Of a stretch of DNA of 50,765 nt, positions 10,994 through 22,425 are shown piece after piece. The notes beneath the pieces are model-generated. The model saw nothing but the letters and a program-made list of their open reading frames with translations, was not told the origin of the DNA and did no database searches. Numbering within the stretch: position 1 is the first letter of the stretch; each line of letters starts with the position of its first letter. This DNA is from Spizellomyces punctatus DAOM BR117 (Eukaryota). A program made the position numbers and the translations under genes. The DNA is taken from NCBI GenBank assembly GCA_000182565.2, contig KQ257451.1. One strand, given 5' to 3'.

Positions 10994-13503
10994 ATGCTCG
11001 CGCGATCTGCCCTTTGTGTGCGCTCAACTGGGTCTCGCAGAACGGGGCACACATGCCAACGCTTCGCCGGGATACTAACAGTTGTTTCTAAAGAAAAGTG
11101 TTTTCTAAATAACGTCCATTTACGGGGCCGCCGCTCGGCGTATATCGTCCCAGATCCCCGCCAGGAGGGAGAGCCAGGCAGGCGTAGACCGGAAAACGAT
11201 TTCTATGCAAAAAGTACACCGGAAGAATTTGTGCCATCGGGGGAGCAGCTGGCTATCTTTGATGAGGTTGCCAAGGGTAAATGCGAGGTAGTTCTGATAG
11301 ACGCAAAAGCAGGCAGTGGAAAGGTAATTGCAGAAATACGAGTGGAACCGAATGCACCCGCCGTGCTTACAAGCAATCGCAATTAGACTACCACGCTTAT
11401 TGAATCACTACCACACATACCCAACGGCGTGCCCACAGTAGCCGTGTTTGCCTTTAATCGAGCGAATGTCAACATCCTCCGGGAACGTGCTCATGCAATT
11501 CAAAGAAAAAAAGGATTATCTCGCTTTCAGACACGAGTCCAAACCTTCCACGCGTACGGAAAAGATATGTGGGTGAAATATCTTGGAGTGTTTCCGGGGG
11601 AAGTGCGCATAGCAAAGCGCAAGCACTGGGAAATCATGCAGAGCTTCATGTCCCGTGATCAGATTATGACTTACGGGAACGAGGTCAATGAACTGGTTAG
11701 CAAAGCCAAATTGCATTTAATCGCCCCTGCACACCCGTCGATTGTAGACGAAAAGGATATTCTGCCAGATACTGACGCTGAATGGAGGAAGCTCATGGAA
11801 ATCTACGGTATCCGTCCTGATCCGAAAGGGACTGTAGATGAGTTGGTAGCGTTATCACGACGTTGCCTCGCCGAATCGATCAAGTGGGCGGGCGGACATC
11901 AGAGACGAGGTGCACTGCCACATATACGCCTCAGTGCTGTCATCGATTCTCTTAGGAAGGCCTCGGCGAATATTGAGAGAATGTTAATGGAACATAAAGA
12001 TATTCCCCAGTATCAGATTGAGGATCTTCGATCGAATATGTTTGCGCTGCAAAAAAAGCAATTCGTGATCGATTTTGATGATATGTTGTATTTGCCGATC
12101 ATACATGGAGCAAGATTTACTCAGTTTCCTTATGTGTTGATAGATGAGGTGCGGAAGATGGTTATGATCTTTCTATGCTACAGATAGTTGACGCCCTCTT
12201 TTTGCAACCGTGTCAGGCGCAGGACATGTCCGCTGCTAGGGCCGCTTTGGTGGAACGGATGCGTGAACCCGGAGGGCGTCTGATTCTCTTTGGTGACCAT
12301 CGCCAGCAAATCTACCAATTCTCTGGCGCTAGGAGCGACATGTTTTCAAAGCTTCGGATGGAGGGTGAAGCAAATAGGCTTGCACGGGCCCGCTGGCGAA
12401 ATAGAGGCGCTGGCATATCCACCAATAGCTCCGAAGAAACCTCCCGACCACTTTACGCCACACCTCTGAACCAAATCAAAGACGTTACAGTGTTTCCTCT
12501 CTCTGTCTGCCGCCGGTGTCCTACTTCAGTCATTAAACTGGCCCAACGCATAGTACCAGAGATTCGCCCATATCAACATGCGCCCGTCGGCAGAGTCAGC
12601 GAGCTTGGGAAAAAGTTTAGTATTTCTGATTTTCAAAATCGGTCGGCTATGGTGGTGTGCAGAACAGTCACTCCACTCATCAACTTTGCCTATTGGCTGA
12701 TGGCCAATGGAGTTCGAGTCGAAGTGGCTCGGCGACACATCGCACAGGAGCTCTTTGACCTGATCGAACTGGGAAAGGTCAAGGAGAGTCCATTTGAGTT
12801 TGACCGTCTTCCAGTCCGTGAGCTGGCTCGGAGATTGATATCTATGCGGCCAAAAGTTCTTCTTGAAGATTTAGAAAATCTGGCTGGGGGGCGGTTCGTG
12901 ATTGGAGAAATGCCGGGATTTGATGATCGGTTGGATTCCTTGATGACGGTTATCAAGTACCGGATGCGCCCGGATCACAGCGTCGCCGATTTAAAACGAG
13001 CTATAACCATAATGGACTTGATCCCTGCGGCCATGCCTCGTGATCCGCCCGTTCTTCTCTCTACAATCCACCGAGCACGAGGACTGGAACGGGATCACGT
13101 CTTCATCTTGAATGAAATGGACCATCGCCGGAAATACGGCCTTTCCAATATGGGGAAGCATCGGCCTCCCACTTTTCAGGAACAGCAGCGTGCCACCGTA
13201 GAGGACAATTTGATCTACATCGCGTACACTCGGGCGAAAGAGACATTGTCCTTTATTGAGTGGGAGCCAATTGGCCAATTTGAACAGTTTGAATATTTGG
13301 CTGAGCGCATCCGTTGCCGGATGACGGGGCGAAAACTGGAGAAAAGAACACGACCGTACAAGGACATATTCAACTCCAGTGAAGAGCATGAGAAGGTTTA
13401 TGAAAATTTGTTTGGCATGTTTGACGACATGCGGTATAATCAGCATGAGTATGCTGAGCAGGCCATTCGGTTTATGGTCGAAGGTATGCGCATGGGGGTA
13501 TGA
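10994..13503 (+). CDS. Superfamily-1 UvrD-like DNA helicase; join(10994..11323,11387..12148,12217..13503); presequence-like N-terminus
   Basis: Spliced motifs AKAGSGK|TTTL, AFNR, TFHAYG, DFDDMLYLP, IDE|AQD, GDHRQQIYQFSGA, RRCP, STIHRARGLE, NLIYIAYTRAK. Two GT-AG introns split the Walker A and Walker B motifs in frame. Confidence 0.9.
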
Positions 13504-13993
13504 TATTATGTATGTTTATAGTTGGGGATGATAGTGTACATATTTGCTTTGCTTTAGATAGTTTCTAGTGCCTATTCATTTTTGTTATTGAGATTGTGAG
13601 ATAGATGTATTTGGATTAAATCATATGGGCTCTCTGGCATATTTTTCGATGGATTCGGACAAATCTGTCCGATAACGCGCTTTGCGACGCTTCTAGCAGC
13701 TGCCAACGCGATTCTGGTGGATCGAATTAAGCTACCACACCGTCGAAGCTGCTCCATATTGACCTCCGCATGGTCTTTCCCGTATCCGCACCTCTGTCTA
13801 ACTCTTCTGCTTGTTCGATATGGCTGAAAGGGCCAAAACCGCGCTCCGACCCTTCAGGTGGATTTTGCGAACCGCTGTTTGATATGCGCCTATTCCCTTA
13901 CTGAGAATAAACGTGTGAGTTAGTTCTGTTAACGTCCACTCGACCCACGGCCATCCTCTCGGAGTGCAAAATGGCAAGTCTCAAAAGATGCGC

Positions 13994-16740
13994 ATGACTG
14001 GACGAGTCGAAGATGGGTCTGGATTGACGGAGAAGCAGGAGACCTTGAGGTAATACATGAAGACAGTCAACATGAGATGTACCCACTAACAACTAGAGTT
14101 GTGAAGTAGACCAGGGAGTACGACAAGCTTGCGGAATAACATAAAGGAGAGGCGGGTTTCTGCTCAGGTTCGTAACTTTTCGCAGACTTGCGTCTGCTCG
14201 TAATTCGCGAGACTCGGGCTGACGGATATCACGTATAGAAAGAAAACCTTGGAACAGAACCCGGTGTGTCAAAAATTCCCAGAGCTAAATCCGTCGTAAG
14301 TAGATGGATTCAACGGCGTAGTAGTAGACCAAAGCTACGTATCTCATTACCGCTTGTTTGTCTCCCCAGACTACCTCCAGTAAAGTGAAGCCCGTCCCTG
14401 ACTTTTCAAAATTGCACCGACAATGGGAATCCAAAATCTCGCAAGGAAAATCTCGCAAACCTACTAGCACAACGTTCGAACATAATTTACCTGCGACTGC
14501 CGCCCGTCCCTCTACCAGTTCCAAATCTCGTAAACCTACCAGCACCTTATCTGAACATAATCCATCTACGACTGCCACCCGTCCCAGTACCAGTCCAAAC
14601 GGTTCACCTTTGGATGATCCAACTAAGGTCCGAATTACTTCTTCGACCGCACCTCCACCTCCACCTCCATCATCAGTCCCTTCCACTGCCTCACGTACAT
14701 CAACGAACACCGGTCTTCTCAAAACCGGGCTTCAAGGGCCAGCCCGAACCGCTGTTAGAAAGCCCATGCGAAAGCCGCCGGTTAAAGAAGAATTCCACAA
14801 TGAGGCACTGTCCGATATCTTGAATAGCACAGACACAAGGGATCTGGACTCCCGGCATACATTGGCGCCGAGATTGGGAAATCCGAAGCGGCTAACATTA
14901 AATCCTGCGAAACGCGTAACACGGGTACCTGTTGAGGATGAGTTCAACAATGCCAATTTGGCGGATATCTTGGACAGCAATGATGCGGAGCAGCTTGATG
15001 CACGAACAGTGAGGCGAACGACGGGCGCATGGGGTTTGGGGAATCCGAGGCGGCTTACCGTTAGTCGAGGAACCGCCAGGCGGGCAACGGTTGCAGTGCG
15101 ACATCAGGTCAGTGCAATTATTTGAACCCTGGAATGTGCCCACGGCGTCGGATGCTTAAAGTATTGATATTCTAGGGAGCAGATGATCAGACGAAACGAG
15201 CGTCCATGTATGCTGGAGCCATCCGTGTTGCACGCAAGAATCCGACGCAGGTTTGTTTATCTCACGATTTGTGTAAATTGTGAATGCTGCCAAGCTTACT
15301 TTTACCTTCCAGACCTCTCACCTGAGCAATGAATCTCCATCCCCGTCGAAGGATGTCCTCTTACCCATCCCTGCACCAGAACCAACAGCAGATCCAGCGC
15401 CCCTCTCTTTACTTCAGAAAGGAATGGACGAGTACTTTGCTCGCCGTAACAACCCACCTAAAACTCCTTCCATGGTGAAATTTGTCACTGCGCCCACACC
15501 AAGGGAAAAACAGCAAAGCCTCGCTCGAAAAATGGGTATGATTGTTGCTGAGACGTTTGGAATGACTCCTCAGAGAACTGTTACTCAGGGCGTGCTGGAC
15601 ATTGCACGGACACCACGAGTTGCCAATCTGACCCTGAGACAGAAGTTTGAGGCAGAAAAGGGACAAGACGATACCGTGATTGAGCGCGGCATGAGGACGT
15701 TGGAAAAGTTGGTGGACGATGTCCAGAATCATGTTGGAGGCGGGTACGAAGATGAGCGAGTGGAGAATGGTAATGGTGTGCCAGTGGACCATGCAAGCTC
15801 TGTGCTCGGCAGTTTCTCTACTGCTTCCCACGGGTCTGAGCCATCGGTAGAAACATTGCAGAGTGCATCGAGTATATCAAATCATTTTCAAAACTCTCAC
15901 GTATCGGACACTGGAACATATATGCAGCAGGACAACCGTTTACCACCATTCAGCGCCATCGCCCTCCCCTTAATACCGCCAGTGCAGTCCCTGATGCTAC
16001 TTCCCGTCGGTCAGCCGACCGTTGTTCCCCTGGTGGGACCACCGATACGGCCACTGATTCCAAATCCGTTTGAGGTGCTGGATATGCAACCCCCTACTGT
16101 CGGCTTGGTCAGACAAACGCACGAGAATACTGAGCTGGAGTCAGTGCATGAACGAGACACGAGCAAAACGGAGGTCGGCAATGGCTTTCCAAATCCAGTC
16201 CACAATGCAGTTTGTGGTACCCAGGCGCCAGCTCCGAGTATAGCAAAGGAGTTAACCTTTAGTACCTTTACCTTAGTCCAACCTGAAAGATTGAGTGCAA
16301 CAGACGACTCCTGGCGTGACGTTGTGGGTATTACTTCTGCCCCTTTGGACAGTTCTGAAGGGCTAGTGGCCAATAGTACGAGCTATCATGACCAACAGGC
16401 ATCCACGGGGGAAATATCTTTGCCCGCACCAACCAATTTGGAGATTGCGTCCGTTTCCAATGTCCAGTCAACCCAAGCATGTAGTTCCACCCAAACGAGG
16501 GACGCTGCCATCCCTAACGCCCAACCTGAAAACTCACCACGTGCCAGCCCACCAAGTACCGCCGAAACATCGCGAAGGAGACGACGCAGTTCACTCCGAC
16601 GATCTTCAGTTCCTGATGTCGATCGCATTCGGGAGGAATTAAACCAGCTTGAGCTTGAGGAGGCTGAACTGCTGAGGCTTATGGAGGAATTGGAGGACGG
16701 TGAAGAGTTCTCCGATGATGAAGGGTGGGCGGAAGACTGA
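13994..16740 (+). CDS. Multi-exon disordered protein with KEN box, SxIP and PDFxxLH motifs (tastin/TROAP-like)
   Basis: Three short 5' exons splice in frame: MTGRVEDG...VSAQ|KENLGTEPGVSKIPRAKSV|TTSSKVKPVPDFSKLHRQWE. Internal repeat EFxNxxLxDIL..LGNPxRLT; acidic coiled-coil C-terminus. Confidence 0.65.
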
Positions 16741-17100
16741 GTTTTCGAAAAGTTTGGCATTTTCCTTTGGTTACCATTGTTGTTAATGTCATTGTATAGT
16801 GCATATCAAACAGAAAAAATCGATCAATCTTTTTATAAACATTTATATACCCTACACTAAAGGTATTACAATTATATGTGGCCATCTCAAAACATACAGC
16901 ATGAACTATCACATGTATATATCCTAGTGCAATATATGCATAGCTATATAACCTATTCGAACTGCTGTTGACATTTAAGCCAGTAACAAGGGGTCATCAA
17001 TCCACATGATTCCGCACTTCCTTAGAATTAGAAGAGCACTCCTGCTGACCTTCTGGTTCATGTTAACAGGAATGGTCACCAAGTGTAGTCCTTTCGTTCT

Positions 17101-17240
17101 CGTCAATGTTTGCTCCACACTGGCTCAGGGTTTCCACTTCCCTAGTGGCATCGGCCGATTCATATCCAGTCCTTTCAGTAGGTATTGCGGCCCAGTGGAA
17201 GGCGGGCGCTTGTTTAGAATGTGTTCCACCTCGTACAGAT
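17101..17240 (-). pseudogene. Frameshifted chromodomain relic, likely retrotransposon-derived
   Basis: YEVEHILNKR..QYLLK, then after a 1-nt deletion near 17172, (W)TGYESADAT(R)EVETLSQC..NIDE. Confidence 0.7.
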
Positions 17241-18280
17241 CCTGATGGTAGGGTATCTGGGAAGTGTGTTCCAATTGTTGTCTTTGCCCTGTTATCTTGC
17301 CATAGATTGTGGTGTCCACGGTTTTGACGAATGGGCGGGTGGTGGGTAGAGGTCTACTTGTACGAAGGTTTTTGCAATGAAGAGGCTTTTGAACCATATC
17401 GCTCTTCAGGATTGTGTTCACTTGTTGATGAGCTGCAATTAGTCTGAAATCGTAAGTCTTTACCTTTTGGCTCTGTGTCTGTTGCGTTGGGCGGGCGGGT
17501 AGATCTCCGCTTGCATGGAGATGCGTCCGATAATTCAGCTTACGAAGTATATGGTTCATCAGCACTTTTGTCGATGACCTTGTCCTCCTTTCCGGTGCTG
17601 CTACCAGATTTCAAACGGGGGGAGTCCCTTGTAAAGTAAGATAGGAAGGGGCACGCCAGCAAATCGTCCCTGGGCACCATCTTCCTGTCGTGTGGTCATC
17701 CTCGAACTAGGCATGGCACCCGAGTTTTGTTTACCAGGAGACGCCTCAAGTGCTTACAATCGGAACTGCGTGCTGGCATTACGTCCGTGGGGCCTTGAGC
17801 ATTACCAACAGTAGGTATAATTGCAGGCATATCACTGTGAGGCGTAGATATAGGTATGAGAGATAAGAATTGACCTTTGACGGCTGGTACTCCAATTGAC
17901 GTACAGCCGCAGGCGTACTAGTATATATGCCCATCGTATAGTTCATCTTTAGTCTTTATGGCTACGAACCCATTTCAGATATTCTCCAAGTGATCTCCAG
18001 TAATGTTAACTCTCCATAGCGTCCCTCCTGGCAGAACCGTTTTAGCCTTAATTACTCCCAGCTGTGTTTCATTAGACGTTTTCCACTTGCAGTATGAGAC
18101 TATCCTCATCAGGAAAGGTCCCCACTAGCCAACAGTGATATCCTCCTCAAATATATGGACCGCACCGTTAAGGATACCTTTCATTCTGTCCATGGAGAAG
18201 GTACGATTGCAAGATCTGTTGGATTGACAGCTTGAGTTACAGGAACTGGGCCATGTCTAGGTAATCCAATTTGTTTAATC

Positions 18281-18577
18281 ATGGCCTTCATAGCAGACAT
18301 GTATCAACACTTTGACTTTTTCATCCCCAAGTTACTACACGACTGGAGTAGCTACTTCCAACAGTTCAAGCATTTTGCTTACCAGGTCCAAGAACTAGAT
18401 TATAAAATGACCGAAGACCAAGAGATTGTACTGTCTCATATATTGCCTTACCCACACGAGATTTTACGCAGCGAGTGTGATAATGATTGTCATTTAGTAT
18501 CCCTCATTAAAGCCCGGCAGGAACTGGAACATAGTCGAAGGAATGTCAGTCATCTAGCGGGAATATGTACCAAATGA
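18281..18577 (+). mobile_element. Possible LTR-retrotransposon gag-like remnant
   Basis: YFQQFKHFAYQVQELDYKMTEDQEIVLSHILPYPHEILR loosely fits a copia-type gag helical pattern. It lies in a degraded intergenic stretch. Confidence 0.25.
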
Positions 18578-18858
18578 AGGAAGGACAACACGAAGAAGTC
18601 AAATACAGGCTATTGAAACTGCAGAAATTACTTGATGACTGCCGTGACGGGCTTGGGATATGCACTCGATGCAGATCGTTCTAGCATCCTCATGATCATT
18701 AAACGTCACAAGGATAAGTCCTTATCAGATCACAAAACCGTATAGACTTGTGGTCTGTTATTCCTATACGTATTTAAATTTCGTTGCTATATCGTACAAT
18801 ATAATAAAACTTGCGACCTCTCACAAAACCATAGTCCCTAATGCTCGTCTGTGATCCG

Positions 18859-21454
18859 TTATCCTCCTACACGCTGTTGCCCGCTCTGAGGGACTTGCGG
18901 ATGCTGTTGAGAACACTCGGTACTCTTTTCCTCCCTTTGGGTACTTTCCCCCCTGGGAGCATCCCCCGCAGGCCCAGTCCCGGTAGTGTATACTGATGAC
19001 CCTCCGGCTGGAAACAGCTGCACTCTCTTAGCCGATAGGATAGTGGGAGTTACGGTGGTAAGCTTTCCTCTAACCGATCCTTTATAGGAAGCATTTGGCA
19101 ATGCTTCGCCGGTTGCGGGATTTTGTTTCATTTGAGTTAAGGTCTCATTCGAAGTCGCAGCATCTGCCAATCGTTGTCTGTCGCCCGTGTTCTCAACAAG
19201 CGCTTTGGCTTGGGCGGCAACTGCATCTAACGAGGCTTGAGCTGCATTGAAATTTTGTGCTGATCGAGGTGAGGTTGGTTCCCTTTGCTTTGGTGGTGGA
19301 GATTTCAGAGGCACTCCCGATCCACCGACGAACCGATCTTGTAGCTCACCAACAATGGCGTTTGTGCCACCTGGTATAGTACTATACCGAGTTTTACCAT
19401 GCGCACTTGTGGGACTTGTCACTGCAGAAGCGCCCCCACGAGGGTTTTGGTTGGAACGAACGGGGGAGGCCGGAAGTGGCTCGGATGGAGGAGCTGGAGA
19501 TCTGGCCGTTTGCAAGGTCGGCGGCTTTGGTGGGGCGCGGTTAGGTGGTGGGATTGTAATGGAAAAAGCAGATTTTGGAGGCCTGGTAATGGGTGGAGGT
19601 TGAACCGGACTTTGATCCGTTTTCTGTTGCTGGGATGAAGTCTGCAAAGTGACTGGCTGCTTCTGGACAACGTTCACATCCGGTCGCACTTGACCAGAAG
19701 GTGACATCTTTGCCTCCGCTCTGGTCGAAGACTGTACTTGAGACGAAGGGGCAGCACTGAATCCCTGTTTGCTAGTCGATGCGGCTCCTTGTCTCGGTAT
19801 TTCAACTGTCAAGCTACCTATCGGTCCAGGTGATTCCTGTCTTCGTTTCCCTTGGGAAGCCAAAGATTGCGGAGGAACTTGCTGGTCAGTCTTAGCTGAG
19901 GTTTGAGATGGGTTTTGTTGGAAAGGGGATTGAGGAACCACCGCCTTCACTGTATTCATTGGGATGTCTTGCTGTAGCGGGGATTTTCCTCCACCATCGG
20001 CTCCTTCAGCCTTTTTGCCGGGCTCCTTGGCCGGAACGGCGGAGTGGATGTCCCCAACCTTCGGTACCGCAGTTGAGTCCGATTGTACCGGTTGTGGTGG
20101 ACGCATATCAACCGGCTTTGCCATTGCAGCTGCTCCTAACTTAGCCGGTCCACCAACCTTTGCACCAACGTCCTGAGCGGGTACAGGAGAACGAACATCC
20201 GCAGGCTTCATTACTGGTGGCGGTTCAGATCTTACGGGTTGTGGTAAACGGATATCGACCGCTTTGTTCATATTAGTGTCCCCTTTTTGACTCGGTGGAG
20301 GAACGGGTTTCGCATCCGCCCGCTTCTCCATATTATTCAGATTCCCAGACACGCTTCTGTCCATACCTTCCGGAAGATCGCCCGACACAGAGAATGCCGT
20401 GTCAAAGAGTGCCAGCATCTCTTCAGCAAAAGAGGACGCTGATTCGTTGCTAGTAGCAGACCCACCCGTTACCGGCCGGCTAACCGCTGGGTGGGGATCA
20501 CCTCCGACGACTGGTGGCACCAATGGAGTCATCGCAAAACCGCCACCCCTGCCTTTCTCAAGCTCGGTAGTTCCTGCAGACAAGATGGAAGATGGGGCAG
20601 GGACCAGGTCTCGAGACGAACGTCTAACTTGCGGTCCAATTGGAAATGACGGAGGGGTTGCCGTTGGTGAGCTTCCTACAGGTTGGATAGGAGGACGGAA
20701 TGGAGGAAGGTTTGTCACATGCTTTGCATAGAACTCGGCAGCCGCCTTTGCTTCAACTTCTTTGTCAAGCACGACGACATCCGCGTCCCAGGGATTACGA
20801 AGGATAATTTTACTAGGATCTGTTGGGTCCGTCTGTGGAGCTGTTAAAGCGGGTTCGTTGTTAACAGGCGAGCCCGGTGCAGGGACGTCCGAATGAGCTA
20901 TTGTGATAATGTTCGGTTTTGCAACCCGAACAGGTGCCGGGGACGCCTTTTCACTCTCGCTCTGAACAGGTTCCTCGTCATTCCAAGCCTCAAGGATGAT
21001 CGCAGTGGCAGCCCCGGCTTCCTCTCCGCTCTCCTCCTCCTCAACACCTTCTTCACTCTCCATAGACGGTTGGACTACAACGATATTTCGTTGGATATGC
21101 TCTTTCACAACCGGCGGAAGAATCTTATTAAAAGTACAATCAATTACTATCGCACGTTACAGACAAATGAAACGCCGTTCAGTCACATATACATACCACC
21201 TGGTGATGAATTAAGTTTTCTTCCCTGCTCTGCAAATGCTCATGAGCTCCATTCTTTGCGCTAGCAACTTCGGCACGGCCTTGGTCATGTCCTTGACGCG
21301 CAACGCCTCCTTGCTTGACAGACTTTCCACTTTCCAATCCGTGTTCTCGTCCAGGTGGGAGCGTTTTAGCAGCATTATCTGGTCTCGTTGGGGGTATTTT
21401 ATCTGGTGGTGGGGGTATCTCTGCTAGACCAGTACGGTGCGTCGATTGCTCCAT
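18859..21454 (-). CDS. Large Pro/Ser/Gln-rich disordered protein of unknown function; exons 21454..21197 and 21123..18859
   Basis: 749-codon ORF joined in frame to an upstream ATG exon by a GTATGT..AAG intron. Internal KP(V/A)D(I/V/M)R.P-type repeats. Confidence 0.7.
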
Positions 21455-22425
21455 TTTTTTTTTAGTATGGGTTGACTTTGAAAGTAAGAGGAGCCTTTGG
21501 CAAGTCTTGCCCACAATTGCTTATGTGTTGCTGACGAACCGTGGGCGGTGTACCACTTCCAGATGCATCCAACCAAGCTAAAAATAACTCGGTAAAGGTA
21601 TCATCCAACAGGAGAAGGATGTACCTATGCTGTTTTCAAGTGAGGTTTTCCCAGTTAACATGCATGTGTTCGTTATGAACGGTATGGCGTATCGGAGTTT
21701 GAAAATGTGTAAACGCACAACTCGAGGAGTAACTAGTTTTCGTTCTTTATTTCCATTTCTCCATTTACTTTTATTATGATGCACCTAAACCTAGACATGT
21801 CAAAATAATGGGACACTCAGTCAATATGAAATGTCAAACCTCATTATGAAAGAGGAGAATGACAACAAATGCAAAAGTAATTGTTGCTTTCAGATACCGG
21901 TAGCTGGTTTTGACGCAAGCATAAATTCATATAAAGGCTTCCATCCTTTCAACCTTTCATCATCTCTGCGGGGTGCTCTACCAGTATTCAGGTGCATCTG
22001 AACACTCTGCTCATCGGTAAAGATGTTCGAGCAAGGAAGGCCCAAAAACTCCGATGTGGCACAGTTGTCCATTTCCAAGTGGCTTGGCACCTGTGGACAA
22101 CGAGAGTAAGCGAGGTGATCTTCACCATTTCCAACCCTTTACCAGCATCTATACCCAGCGTCGTTTTGCTTGCAGACTAATATTTCCAGTACAAATCCTT
22201 GAACGTACGGTACACAGCCGGTGTACTCTGTCAAGAGCTGTCTCTAATTCCCGCGCTGCGCACCTGACTCTTCACTTTTGTCGAAAGGACTCTCATATCT
22301 CTCGGGGCTGGCTGCACTCTACAATCTTTATCCTCTCCTATCTTCCGCTGTGCTGTTCAATGTGTCAGATCGGAAGTCATTCTGCAGAGTCCAATTTCTG
22401 CTGCAAGTGTTAAACAGTCGGAATC

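Noticed and set aside
21578-22413. Extra upstream exons or a small gene between the divergent genes
   Set aside because: I could not build a consistent splice chain or recognise a domain.
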